Assembly (NCBI GenBank): GCA_047635955.1
Contig: JBLIGW010000001.1
Location: 1 to 55,092, forward strand
Reading direction: 5' to 3'
DNA from: Oceanicoccus sp.
Lineage (GTDB): Bacteria > Patescibacteriota > Gracilibacteria > UBA1369 > 2-02-FULL-48-14
DNA length: 55,092 nt
How positions within the stretch are numbered: position 1 is the first letter of the stretch; every line of letters begins with the position of its first letter. The notes beneath the pieces are model-generated. The model was not told the DNA's origin. It saw only the letters and a list, made by a program, of their open reading frames with translations, and did no database searches. This document shows, piece after piece, positions 19,255-28,929 of this stretch. The translations under genes were made by a program, and so were the position numbers.

Positions 19255-20526
19255 TTACAGATCATTCTGCTCCCAAATCGCCTCACCTAAGCGGAACTTC
19301 TGCCAGGCTCTTCGGAGCGGTAAAATAGCCAAAGCGTATTTTAAAGTAATAATAGGCTTAAGCCACTGAGTCCACATTCCTTTAAAGGTCCAGTCCTTCA
19401 CCTTAAACAGAGTAAAGTTGAACCCAACAGGAACCACATAAAGGGGCACTCCCATATGGAATTGCTTCAAAGGCCGCTGCTGAATTCTTCGCAAAATATT
19501 TGCTGCCATAATATCGGCCTCTTGCATGGCATACTGCGCCATCATCGGGACATAGTCTTTACTGTGAGGCGACCTCCGCACTCGAGCACAATCACCCAAA
19601 GCAAAAATATGCGTATGCTTTTTAGTTTCCAAAGTAGAACGAACGGCAATAGCTCCTCGCAATTTTGGATCACCTAAACTTTTAGCCACCACTGGATTCA
19701 CCTGCACTCCACAAGTCCAAATCAGCATGTGACAAGGCAAGGAAATAGACTCACCATCAAATTTTCTGAGAAGTTCAACTTTCGTTTTCTTCAGTGCCGT
19801 CACCCGATGTTCCAGATAAACCTGCACTCCCATTTTTTCTAATTCATCTTTAATTAGCTTCGTACCCTTTGCATCAAAAGCAGCCAAAGTTTCCCCTGAT
19901 TGGATCAGTTGAACCGTTACTTTTTTAGGATCATGTTTATATTTTTTACACAATTTATCCAAGGTACCCATCAGCTCTCCCGCCACCTCTACCCCTGTTG
20001 CTCCCCCACCCGCTATCGTAATAACAATCGCCTCTTTCGATTTCGACTTATATCGTTGAAGGAAAAGATGATCGATCTGGCAATTCACGGCCAAAGCATC
20101 TGTCACTATTTTAAGAGGATAAGCGTATTCCTTCACCCCTGGCACATCAAAAAACTTGGTCACACTTCCAAGTGCCACTACCAACAAATCAAACTTTAAA
20201 GGTGAACCTGATTTCAAAAATACTTTCTTAGCTTTAGGATCGATGCCCGTCACTTCTGACTGGATATAAGTCACCTTCCAAGGGTCAACCAATCGAGAGA
20301 TTGGCGTCGCCACAGTTTCTTTAATTCGAGCCAAACAAGTTTCCGTAATTTTTTTACTGAAGACGGTTGCAACCTGATAAAGATCACTTGAAAAAACATG
20401 CACCGGACTCTTATCCACAAGGATAATTTCATGTGTGTTTGGCAGGCGCTTTTGCAAGCGCTGAACAACTCGGAGGCCAGCAATACCGGCCCCCAATACA
20501 AGAATGATTTTTTTACGTTTTGGCAT
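19255..20526 (-). CDS. ndh: type II NADH dehydrogenase (NDH-2) / FAD-dependent pyridine nucleotide-disulfide oxidoreductase
   Basis: Two dinucleotide-binding motifs (KIILVLGAGIAG and ITIAGGGATGVEVAGE) and the GDCA motif (IFALGDCARV). I prefer the start at MPKRKK (20526). Confidence 0.85.
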   Translation of the reverse strand: MPKRKKIILVLGAGIAGLRVVQRLQKRLPNTHEIILVDKSPVHVFSSDLYQVATVFSKKITETCLARIKETVATPISRLVDPWKVTYIQSEVTGIDPKAKKVFLKSGSPLKFDLLVVALGSVTKFFDVPGVKEYAYPLKIVTDALAVNCQIDHLFLQRYKSKSKEAIVITIAGGGATGVEVAGELMGTLDKLCKKYKHDPKKVTVQLIQSGETLAAFDAKGTKLIKDELEKMGVQVYLEHRVTALKKTKVELLRKFDGESISLPCHMLIWTCGVQVNPVVAKSLGDPKLRGAIAVRSTLETKKHTHIFALGDCARVRRSPHSKDYVPMMAQYAMQEADIMAANILRRIQQRPLKQFHMGVPLYVVPVGFNFTLFKVKDWTFKGMWTQWLKPIITLKYALAILPLRRAWQKFRLGEAIWEQNDL

Positions 20527-20534
20527 AGTTGATA

Positions 20535-22919
20535 TTAAGCATTCCAACGCATTGCCTCAACGTTCACTGGATCGTCCCCATGTTTACGAATGTAACGATG
20601 GTGCTGCTCTAGCATTGAATTAAGATCATGAAGAATACGTTTCTTGTTTTTCAAAACAACTTTATTGTTTTTAGACGCTTGGTTCACAAGATCAATCGCA
20701 AGTTGGTAGCAACTAACTCCATTGGAGACTTTAATATCAAAAGGTGTAGTTGTAGATCCTTCCTCACGGTAACCATGAAGACTGAATCGATGTGAGTCAG
20801 CAACCGGCCAAAGAATCTGCTCAATGTCATTCACGTAACCGTGATAACTAAGAACCACTGGCTTGTCCTTAGTAAAATACTTATAGAATCCTGCGCTAGT
20901 CATGCACGTTCCCTGACGAGTGCAACGGCAGTAATCTCCTAAACAAATAGACGTAAGCTCAGAAATGTTCACATAACGAATCTTCAATTTAGGCGCGACA
21001 TCCTTCAAGAGTTTCACAGCAAACAGTGCTTCTTGCGTGATGTAATCACCTGCAGAAGCAAGCACCACATCTGGATTTTTAGACGCTGCCTTTCCACCTA
21101 CCCAATCCCAAATTCCCATTCCAGACTTCGCTTGTTCACGTGCTTCCGCAAGCGTCAGCCATTGAGGAAGATCTCGCTTCCCAGCCACAATCACACAAAT
21201 ACTGTCTTTCTTAGTCCACACTTCTTCAAGTGCAACAATCATACTATTCGCATCCGCTGGGTAATAAATCTGACAGAACTCTCCATGTTTTTGCAGTACA
21301 TTACTCACAAAACTAGGATTCTGGTGAGAGTAACCATTGTGATCCTGACGCCACCCCACACTCGACTGGAGGTAAACCGCTGAACCAACCGGCGTTCTCC
21401 ATTTCACCTTAAACGCTTGTTTGAGGAATTTTGCGTATTGATCCACCATACTAGTAATAATGGTTGTGAAGGCCTCGTAACTCACGAATACCCCATGACG
21501 CCCCGTTAAGAGGTAACCCATGTACCACCCTTGCAAGGTGTGCTCAGAAAGCATTTCAAACACTCGTCCATCAGGACTCATGTGTTCATCATGTTTCCCA
21601 AGTGGCCACATAAATCCACGTTCAGTCGCTTCAAAAATTGCATCCAATTTATTGGACACCAATTCATCCGGACAAAAAAGATGATAGTTGTTTTTATTCT
21701 TTTTAAAGATGTCACGCATCATTTCCCCAGCCTGCTTCATGCTACTCGCCTGAATTTCCCCTCTGGATTCTGTATCCACTTTCATCGCATATTTTTCAAG
21801 TTTTGGCAGTTTCAATTCTTTCAGCATGTTCCCTCCAATAGTATGTGGATTCATTCCCATTCTATACTTCTTAGAAGGCATGAACTCTAGCACCTCCTTA
21901 GAAGGACCTCCCTTAGGACTCACTAGATCTTGAACTTTGTAACTCTTCATCCATTTCTCAATAGCCTTCAGTGCCTCAGGATCCTTATTTGGATGTCCGA
22001 TTGGAACCCCATGTGCATGGAATGAACCTTCCACCGCTGCACCATGAAACTTTTTAATTCCTTTCCATCCTTTTGGAGAACGAAGTAAAACAACTGGCAT
22101 CAAAGGCTTAAGAACTGCCTTCTTTGACGTCCGTGCTTTTTTCTGAACTCTTCGAATTTGTTGATAAGCTTTTTCAAGCGCCTTCATCATTTTTTTATCC
22201 ATAGACCTGCCTGAAACAATAATTGGCATGTAACCATATCCTTCAAAAAGAGCCTCCAATTCACTATCAGACATTCGTCCAAAAATAGTCGGATTTGAAA
22301 TCTTATATCCATTGATATGAACAATAGGTAGCACCGCTCCATGATGTTTTGGATTCATGAATTTATTACTGTGCCACGCCGCTGCAATTGGACCTGTTTC
22401 AGCTTCTCCATCTCCAATGACGGCAACCGCAATCAAATTTGGATTGTCCAAAACCGCTCCGTAAGCAGTAGATAGGCTGTATCCAAGTTCTCCTCCTTCC
22501 AAAATTGAACCAGGAACCGTTGGTGTTACATGACTTGGAAACGGCGAATGAGGCCAAGAAAAATCTTTGACCAATTTCCCGAACCCTTTCTCATCATGAG
22601 TGTAGTCTTTATAAAACTCCCACAATGTTTTTTCAGCATAGAGGTTAGCCAAAATAGCCGGTGCCCCATGACCTGGACCTGTCACCATAAGCATCTCACA
22701 TTTGTGCTTACAAATGAGATAGTTCAACTGACCATAAATAAAATTTAAACCAGGAACGGTTCCCCAGTGTCCAAGAATACGGCTCTTGAAATGTGCCTCA
22801 TCTAAAGGCTGCTCAAGTAAAAAGTTGTCTTTCAAATAAAGTTGCGCAACGCCCATATAGTCAACGTAACGTAAATATTTCTTGAGCCATTTAAGAGCTC
22901 GTGCATCGGTGCTGGCCAT
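20535..22919 (-). CDS. xfp: xylulose-5-phosphate/fructose-6-phosphate phosphoketolase
   Basis: Collinear over 794 aa with phosphoketolase hallmarks: ILGHWGT.PGLNFIY, GPGHG.PA, EGGELGYSLS.AYGAV.DNP, GDGEAETGP....WHSNKF.NP..HGAVLPI.H.NGYKISNPT, and the QDHNGYSHQNP-type motif. Confidence 0.95.
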   Translation of the reverse strand: MASTDARALKWLKKYLRYVDYMGVAQLYLKDNFLLEQPLDEAHFKSRILGHWGTVPGLNFIYGQLNYLICKHKCEMLMVTGPGHGAPAILANLYAEKTLWEFYKDYTHDEKGFGKLVKDFSWPHSPFPSHVTPTVPGSILEGGELGYSLSTAYGAVLDNPNLIAVAVIGDGEAETGPIAAAWHSNKFMNPKHHGAVLPIVHINGYKISNPTIFGRMSDSELEALFEGYGYMPIIVSGRSMDKKMMKALEKAYQQIRRVQKKARTSKKAVLKPLMPVVLLRSPKGWKGIKKFHGAAVEGSFHAHGVPIGHPNKDPEALKAIEKWMKSYKVQDLVSPKGGPSKEVLEFMPSKKYRMGMNPHTIGGNMLKELKLPKLEKYAMKVDTESRGEIQASSMKQAGEMMRDIFKKNKNNYHLFCPDELVSNKLDAIFEATERGFMWPLGKHDEHMSPDGRVFEMLSEHTLQGWYMGYLLTGRHGVFVSYEAFTTIITSMVDQYAKFLKQAFKVKWRTPVGSAVYLQSSVGWRQDHNGYSHQNPSFVSNVLQKHGEFCQIYYPADANSMIVALEEVWTKKDSICVIVAGKRDLPQWLTLAEAREQAKSGMGIWDWVGGKAASKNPDVVLASAGDYITQEALFAVKLLKDVAPKLKIRYVNISELTSICLGDYCRCTRQGTCMTSAGFYKYFTKDKPVVLSYHGYVNDIEQILWPVADSHRFSLHGYREEGSTTTPFDIKVSNGVSCYQLAIDLVNQASKNNKVVLKNKKRILHDLNSMLEQHHRYIRKHGDDPVNVEAMRWNA

Positions 22920-23035
22920 GGTGGAGGAGGATTAATTCCTATTCATTTTAAGCCCTTGAATTAGGATTAGCAAATCGAGAAAATTTGCCAAAGCTACTAC
23001 TCCTCTTATACATTTAATAAAACTAAAACACAGAC

Positions 23036-23899
23036 ATGGAAGGACTTAGAATCTACAATTCAGGAAACCCAGGTCCAATCGTAATAATTGTCGCCAGTCT
23101 TCATGGTGAAGAACCCGCTGGAATGGCAGCCTATTCCCACTTAAAACAGTTTTTTGAAACAGGTGGTGAACTTTTGAAAGGCGAACTTCGACTCATGAAA
23201 GGCAACATAGAGGCGCGTACCAAAGGCATTCGATACATAAAATACGACCTGAATCGTATGTTTAAAGATTTATATCCTTATGACATGGATTGCGATTCTT
23301 ATGAGTTCAGACGTACTCAAGAAATAAAAAATGCCACATTAGGTGCAGACTCTATTTTAGACCTACACTCAATGACTTCCGAAGGAGACCCTTTTAGTAT
23401 TCTTCCTGAGAGCAAGGAGAATCACCCTAAACACCTGATCAATCTGCCGGTTCACTTCACCTCAAGTGGATGGAGCGGAGCCCTGCCTGGAACTTACATG
23501 GATTGGGCTCTGGCCAGAGATATAGAATACGTGGCTGTTGAATGTGGACTCAACGGAAGTAAAGAAGCTGACCAAGTCGCTCGTGATTGTGCCATGGCTT
23601 TTCTGAACCAACTTGGCATGACTAATTTTGATCTAGATTTTGAAAGTCCCAAGCGACACCTAAAACTTTTGGAGCATGTTTCTATTGGAGATCACGACAC
23701 TTATGATTACCCAAATCGTAAATATGAATCTTTTGATGCTATTGAAGCCAATGAACTAATAGCAAGTGACAAAGACAAAGAATACCGAGCCCCTGACCTA
23801 GAAAATCTTGTGATCGTAATGCCCGCCTCCCAAGAAAGCGTTCGTGCCAAACTCAATAATGACGCCTTCTTTCTCGCTCAGTTTGTTAATGCGTTCTAG
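23036..23899 (+). CDS. succinylglutamate desuccinylase/aspartoacylase (AstE/AspA) family zinc hydrolase
   Basis: IIVASLHGEEPAG (HxxE zinc motif), DLNRMF and LDLHS (third zinc ligand region), with the order and spacing of the M14-like AstE_AspA fold. Confidence 0.7.
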   Translation: MEGLRIYNSGNPGPIVIIVASLHGEEPAGMAAYSHLKQFFETGGELLKGELRLMKGNIEARTKGIRYIKYDLNRMFKDLYPYDMDCDSYEFRRTQEIKNATLGADSILDLHSMTSEGDPFSILPESKENHPKHLINLPVHFTSSGWSGALPGTYMDWALARDIEYVAVECGLNGSKEADQVARDCAMAFLNQLGMTNFDLDFESPKRHLKLLEHVSIGDHDTYDYPNRKYESFDAIEANELIASDKDKEYRAPDLENLVIVMPASQESVRAKLNNDAFFLAQFVNAF

Positions 23900-23932
23900 C
23901 TGAGTTAAAATCAACTCAGTTAATCCACAGCC

Positions 23933-25087
23933 ATGATCCTAACGATCAACGCCGGTTCATCGTCACTTCGGTTCAGCCTTTTCAATACAGATTTGAAGCT
24001 TATTTATAAAGGCCATGTAGATGCCATTGGACGAGACAATTGTAAATATCGACGTTACCTAGAAAGTGGTCAAGAAATTCGAACCGCAATTTACGCCGCC
24101 AATCATCAAGCAGCCATTACCTTTGCACTTCATCGTCTGAAAGAAGATGGCGTTATTGATGACCTTAAGAAAATTAAAAAAGTAGGACACCGCGTAGTTC
24201 ATGGAGGTGAATCTTTCACTAAACCCACTAAACTTACCGATGCGACCATTAAAAAAATTCGACTCCTTTCCCCTCTTGCTCCACTACACAATCCAGCCAA
24301 TTTAGAAGGTATTAAATCAGCAAAAAAACATCTAGCCAAAGCCACGCACTACGCTATTTTTGACACTGCATTTCACGCCACCTTGCCAGAGAAGGCCTAC
24401 CTTTACGGACTCCCCTATTCTCTCTACAAAAAAGAAGGCATTCGTCGTTATGGCTTCCATGGGACCAGCCACCAGTATGTAGCAAATGAAGCCACGCAAC
24501 TTCTCAAGAAAAAACACACTAAGTTAATCACATGTCACATGGGAAATGGCGTCAGCATTGCTGCCATTAAAGATGGGATTTGCCTCGACACCTCCATGGG
24601 ATTCACCCCGCTGGAAGGCCCTGTCATGGGCACTCGATCAGGAAGTTTTGATCCTGCAATAATATTCCACCTAGCAAAAAAACGTACACTCAAACAAATT
24701 GAAAACTTAGTGCAAAAAGAATCTGGATATAAAGGCCTCTCTGAAATCAGCTCCGATATTCGTGATCTACGAGATCAGATTAATAGCCCTGAGACCCAAC
24801 GAACCTTTGGCGTCTTTGCTTATCAAATGGCCAAACTAATTCTCGGATACACCGCCACAATTGGCGGGAAACCAGATGCCATTGTCTTTACAGCAGGAGT
24901 AGGTGAACACGCTGAATATTTACGTCGTGCCATTTGTGACCAATTAAATATACTGGGCATCAAGCTAAGCAAATCCAAAAATCACGACCACGCCTTGGAA
25001 ATTTCCACCGCTGCCTCACAAGTAAAAGTCTTCGTCATTCCAACGAATGAAGAACTACAAATGGCTAGAGAAATTATTCTACTCTAG
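23933..25087 (+). CDS. ackA: acetate kinase
   Basis: ILTINAGSSSLRF, GHRVVHGG, PLHNPANL, FDTAFH.T.P, RRYGFHGTSH, CHMGNG.S..A, DTSMGFTPLEG..MGTRSG..DP and FTAGVGE. Confidence 0.95.
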   Translation: MILTINAGSSSLRFSLFNTDLKLIYKGHVDAIGRDNCKYRRYLESGQEIRTAIYAANHQAAITFALHRLKEDGVIDDLKKIKKVGHRVVHGGESFTKPTKLTDATIKKIRLLSPLAPLHNPANLEGIKSAKKHLAKATHYAIFDTAFHATLPEKAYLYGLPYSLYKKEGIRRYGFHGTSHQYVANEATQLLKKKHTKLITCHMGNGVSIAAIKDGICLDTSMGFTPLEGPVMGTRSGSFDPAIIFHLAKKRTLKQIENLVQKESGYKGLSEISSDIRDLRDQINSPETQRTFGVFAYQMAKLILGYTATIGGKPDAIVFTAGVGEHAEYLRRAICDQLNILGIKLSKSKNHDHALEISTAASQVKVFVIPTNEELQMAREIILL

Positions 25088-27018
25088 AACCCCAACTCGT
25101 AAAGTGCCTCGGTTGTTGAGATCACCAAAACATCTCGATCTTTATCTACGTACACATCCGTCAGCGTTCCCTTCAGGTCAGTAAACACATATTGCTGACT
25201 GTAAGTGATGTCATCTGTTTTTGAGCTCTTATCGTAAATAAGAATTCGATCATTACTTGGATCAAGCACATAAAGCTGATTGATACTAAGCTCCGTGTAA
25301 ATGTCAGTGGCTCCCGCAATTGAAGTGAGTGGCGCTTTCAAAATATAATAAGGAACATTTTCTCCACTAAGAATTCGAGAGATAGTTCCATCTTCGTGCA
25401 GAACCCAAACTGTTCCATCAATCGTAATAGAAACCGCATCTGTTAGGTCAACTTGATCCTCATCCATATAAGAATATGCTGAACCAAATCCAGCCGTTCC
25501 TCGAGTGTATTTCCAAATACTATCGTTTTCAGGATCTAGAAGATAAATCTTTGTAGAGTAAGTTGCGACATCAACTCCTGATTGGAAAGCTCCATCACTA
25601 GTATCAGCAAATTGAGCATTTCCATCTGAGTATTCAAGCAAATTACCTTCATCCGTTACAAAAACAATATTATCTCTGTCATCAAAGTAAGCACCCGCAA
25701 TTACATTTTCAGAATTATCCAAAACATCTGGCTCTTGAATGTCACCGAGTAAAACTTGATAAGCTTCATTATCTGTATAAACAACCATTCGGTCTCCCAT
25801 TGGCTGAACTCCTGTAATGCTTGTTGAGCCAAGCAACCCAGAAAGATCCGCTAGTAAGGCTAATTCATCAGTAATAGTCACAATATTATCCAAAAAGTCT
25901 CTTTGTTCCTGAACATCATCTAACAATTGACTAGCTCGTCCTCCAAGAGAACCTGAGTTCAGAACGTCTACAGCTAAAGTTTCAGCCTCATTAAGTAGCG
26001 TTTCTGCTGCTGTTTTATCAAAAGCACCTCGAGTGGCTGCTTGAGTAATATTCTCTTCAGCTACTGACAGCTTTCCTTCTAGTGCTTCCAATTGTTTTCC
26101 TCGTCCAAGACCAACATTTAGAACCAACATTCCAATTACAAGTACTCCCACAACTGAAGTCATGGCCATAACAAGTTGCTTTTTATCCCAACGACGCATG
26201 AAATCAAGTCCTTTCCATCGTTCTCTCTTTATAAGCCAATCACGGAATACACTCAATGAACGTGTGATTTGCTCTCTCGTAGCACTCGCAGGCCGTGCTT
26301 CTTCTGGTTTATTGTCATCTTCTTTAATAGAAGACACCTCAACTGGAGCCTCCACATGAGATTTTTCTAAAACTTCAAAACTTAAAAGTGCCATTTGCTC
26401 TTCTAGATCCTGATGAAGGAGATCAGACATTTCTTTAACTGCCTCTTGCAAAGACTGCTCAGAGAAAATTTTAGAAACATCACTTGGCGTTATGTATTGA
26501 ACCAAAGGTCCAGTTACAAAAATCACGCTATCACCCACTTCCATAGATCCACTCGCAATATTTTGGAAAAGATCTTCTTTATTGTTTACATCAAACAATC
26601 CATCTGTAATTGAGCTCACATGGCGCTTACGAACAAGATAGCCTTGCGATGCACCACGTTGTGACAAAAAGAGCATGTCCTTTTGAATCACACCTATAAC
26701 TACTTGCATGTTTGGAATGAACTTAAGCTCTAATTCTTTCTCTTTTTCATTCACCATTAAATTCACTTCTCGCAATGCTGATTCAAATCGATCGTAAGGA
26801 TCTCCCGTGAGATCATCCAAGAAATGATCCTGAAGTAATTGAAACGCTTCCTTCCCAATTTCAGCTCCTGGGACCTGAGTACTATCAATAGACATCACCA
26901 AGAAAAGCGATATTTTCTCTTTCCCTAGCCCATCATCCCATTCGGTATAATAGTGCTCAGTAAAACCAGACGGTCGTCGTCCTAGTAAAATTGATTGTTG
27001 TTGAAGTTCCAGATACAT
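25084..27018 (-). CDS. hypothetical single-pass membrane protein: cytoplasmic PP2C-like (degenerate) domain, TM helix, extracytoplasmic beta-propeller-like repeats
   Basis: The N-terminal ~210 aa follow the PP2C/SpoIIE strand pattern, but the metal-binding Asp positions are replaced (QRGASQGYL where PP2C has GDSR.YL; VTGPL where it has SDGL). The TM helix is MAMTSVVGVLVIGMLVLNVGL. The C-terminal half has about six repeats of the type hhVhD..n..Ih.Y. Confidence 0.5.
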   Translation of the reverse strand: MYLELQQQSILLGRRPSGFTEHYYTEWDDGLGKEKISLFLVMSIDSTQVPGAEIGKEAFQLLQDHFLDDLTGDPYDRFESALREVNLMVNEKEKELELKFIPNMQVVIGVIQKDMLFLSQRGASQGYLVRKRHVSSITDGLFDVNNKEDLFQNIASGSMEVGDSVIFVTGPLVQYITPSDVSKIFSEQSLQEAVKEMSDLLHQDLEEQMALLSFEVLEKSHVEAPVEVSSIKEDDNKPEEARPASATREQITRSLSVFRDWLIKRERWKGLDFMRRWDKKQLVMAMTSVVGVLVIGMLVLNVGLGRGKQLEALEGKLSVAEENITQAATRGAFDKTAAETLLNEAETLAVDVLNSGSLGGRASQLLDDVQEQRDFLDNIVTITDELALLADLSGLLGSTSITGVQPMGDRMVVYTDNEAYQVLLGDIQEPDVLDNSENVIAGAYFDDRDNIVFVTDEGNLLEYSDGNAQFADTSDGAFQSGVDVATYSTKIYLLDPENDSIWKYTRGTAGFGSAYSYMDEDQVDLTDAVSITIDGTVWVLHEDGTISRILSGENVPYYILKAPLTSIAGATDIYTELSINQLYVLDPSNDRILIYDKSSKTDDITYSQQYVFTDLKGTLTDVYVDKDRDVLVISTTEALYELGF

Positions 27019-27133
27019 AGCTTGTGAACAGATTAACTCTACTCTACTGAATCAAGAGAAGATTGTAAAAGGAAAGCCAGTCTGATGCAAGGGCTTACTT
27101 TTTCAGACCTATAAAAGCTTCACAAGATTAGTC

Positions 27134-27163
27134 TTGACTTTCCCCTTCCCCTTCCCCTAAAAT
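27134..27163 (+). promoter_or_regulatory. sigma70-like promoter for the rpmH-rnpA-yidC-jag operon
   Basis: TTGACT (27134-27139), an 18-nt spacer made of (TTCCCC)x3, and TAAAAT (27158-27163), 25 nt before the rpmH ATG. Confidence 0.4.
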
Positions 27164-27187
27164 CCCCGAGCTAACGAAAAAACAATC

Positions 27188-27340
27188 ATGCTAGGAAAAC
27201 TCAAAAAACGAAAACGTGCACGAACTCATGGTTTTCGAAAACGTATGGCTTCGAAAGGAGGTCAAAACGTACTCAAAGCCCGTCGTGCAAAAGGACGCCA
27301 CGAACTTACTGTACAAGTACCACGTGTTAAGACAAAGTAG
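27188..27340 (+). CDS. rpmH: 50S ribosomal protein L34
   Basis: This 50-aa ORF is too short for the ORF track. [42 protein letters not shown]... matches the L34 consensus (KRKR..THGFR.RM.TK.GR.VL..RR.KGR..LTV). Confidence 0.9.
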   Translation: MLGKLKKRKRARTHGFRKRMASKGGQNVLKARRAKGRHELTVQVPRVKTK

Positions 27341-27674
27341 ACGGATTTCAGGCCGTCAACGCATACAATTAGTTTTGAAAGATGGGGAGCGACTCAAGGG
27401 TCGGTCCCTATCTATGCTTAGACTGGAAAACCCAGCTAACGAAAAACATTGTTACGCAGTAGTGGTTTCAAAAAAAGTTCACAAATTAGCAGTGCAACGA
27501 AACCGTCTTCGTCGACAAATATTCGAGTCCATTAGAACCCTTCAAAAAGAAGGAGTCGTGCCAAGTGGAGCACCTTCTGATATAGTGGTTCTAGCTAGAA
27601 AATCTCTTTTGAATAAAGATTTTACAGAGATAAAAACAAGTATGAGACAACTATTCACCACAAACAATGACTAA
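27324..27674 (+). CDS. rnpA: ribonuclease P protein component
   Basis: The [13 protein letters not shown] motif (RNR-box) sits in a ~116-aa basic protein immediately after rpmH. I propose the GTG start at 27324, in the frame of track ORF 27216-27674. The track ATG would overlap all of rpmH. Confidence 0.8.
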   Translation: MLRQSRRISGRQRIQLVLKDGERLKGRSLSMLRLENPANEKHCYAVVVSKKVHKLAVQRNRLRRQIFESIRTLQKEGVVPSGAPSDIVVLARKSLLNKDFTEIKTSMRQLFTTNND

Positions 27675-28929
27675 AAAAAAGAAGTTTAACCTAATGCCAT
27701 ACCTACTTGCTTTTGTAGGAACCTTTTTGATTTTACAAATTTTCATGCCCGCAGACAGCAATGTAAAAGACAGCACCGCTGGCATAATCGAAATTGAAAC
27801 GTCCAAAGACGAATACTCAATAGGAAAAGATATAAAGGTAGAAATCACTAATAATTCTGAAGACGCTATAATTATTGAAGCGCCACGATCAGTTTTAGAC
27901 TGTGAACCTACGTTCATTACTTATCAATACGCAAGTGATGGATTTAGTGAAATCACTAATGCTGAAGAGCTTTGTGATTACGAAACGCCATGGATAAAAA
28001 TTGAAGCTGGTGAAAAAGAGACCCTAAGCTTACTCAGTCACACTTACACCAACTTTGGTGAAGCAGGCCGTTACAAAGTAGCGATGGTCGTAGAAGGAAT
28101 CGAATATGAGTCTCCAGAGTTTGAAGTAAACACTCCAGGATTATTCACGCGAACATGGCGAACAATCATATACACACCGATGCTTAATGCCTTGGTAGCC
28201 ATTGTTTCTTACATACCAGGTCACGTACTTGGATTTGCTGTGATCATACTCACACTAATCATGCGAACTTTGCTGCTCATTCCTTCTCAAAAAGGATTTG
28301 AAGCTCAAAATAAAATGCAAGAAGTTCAACCAAAACTTGAAAAACTCAAAGCAAAACACAAAGACGATCAATCTCGTCTTGCTCAAGAAACAATGCTTCT
28401 CTGGAAAGAACACAAGGTTCACCCTCTCTCAAGTTGTCTTCCAATGTTGATTCAACTGCCTATTTTCTTGGCACTATTCTACGTAATTCAAGCGGGTCTC
28501 AGCCCTGATCGAAGCATATTTATTTATGACTTCCTTGCTGGGTTTGACCTAAACCTAGTGGACCCTCAATTCCTTGGTTGGAACTTATTTGATCGAAGTC
28601 TGATTATTCTTCCAATTATTGTAGGAACGCTTCAGTTCATTCAAATGCAGATCATGATGGCAAAGAAAGACAACAAAGCCAAAGGTGCTGCTGAAGTTGA
28701 AACAGCAAATAAGATGATGCGTTACCTAATGCCTCTGATGATTGCTTTCTTCACTTCACAGATGCCAGCAGCCGTTGGGATATACTGGGGAACCAACACT
28801 AGCTATGGTATTATCCAGCAGCTTGTGATAAAAAAGATACGACCCGCAAAGAAAAACACTACGAAAGCAAGCGGTGAGGACGAAGTAAAAGTCCGAGTTA
28901 TTAAAAAGAAACATGGAAAAGGAAATTAA
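27667..28929 (+). CDS. yidC: membrane protein insertase YidC
   Basis: N-terminal TM and periplasmic domain, then the conserved core (ILT.IMRTLLLIPS.K....Q.KMQE.QPK...LK.K...D......E.M.L.KEH.V.P...CLP.LIQ.PIF.ALF) and a basic C-terminal tail. Syntenic with rnpA and jag. Confidence 0.9.
   Translation: MTKKKKFNLMPYLLAFVGTFLILQIFMPADSNVKDSTAGIIEIETSKDEYSIGKDIKVEITNNSEDAIIIEAPRSVLDCEPTFITYQYASDGFSEITNAEELCDYETPWIKIEAGEKETLSLLSHTYTNFGEAGRYKVAMVVEGIEYESPEFEVNTPGLFTRTWRTIIYTPMLNALVAIVSYIPGHVLGFAVIILTLIMRTLLLIPSQKGFEAQNKMQEVQPKLEKLKAKHKDDQSRLAQETMLLWKEHKVHPLSSCLPMLIQLPIFLALFYVIQAGLSPDRSIFIYDFLAGFDLNLVDPQFLGWNLFDRSLIILPIIVGTLQFIQMQIMMAKKDNKAKGAAEVETANKMMRYLMPLMIAFFTSQMPAAVGIYWGTNTSYGIIQQLVIKKIRPAKKNTTKASGEDEVKVRVIKKKHGKGN

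Noticed and set aside
27019-27187. oriC next to rpmH
   Set aside because: I saw no cluster of DnaA boxes here. The only good TTATCCAC(A/G) matches I noticed are isolated: 3698-3706 upstream of secA, and 20411-20419 inside ndh. dnaA and dnaN are absent from the window. This cannot be excluded without GC-skew analysis.
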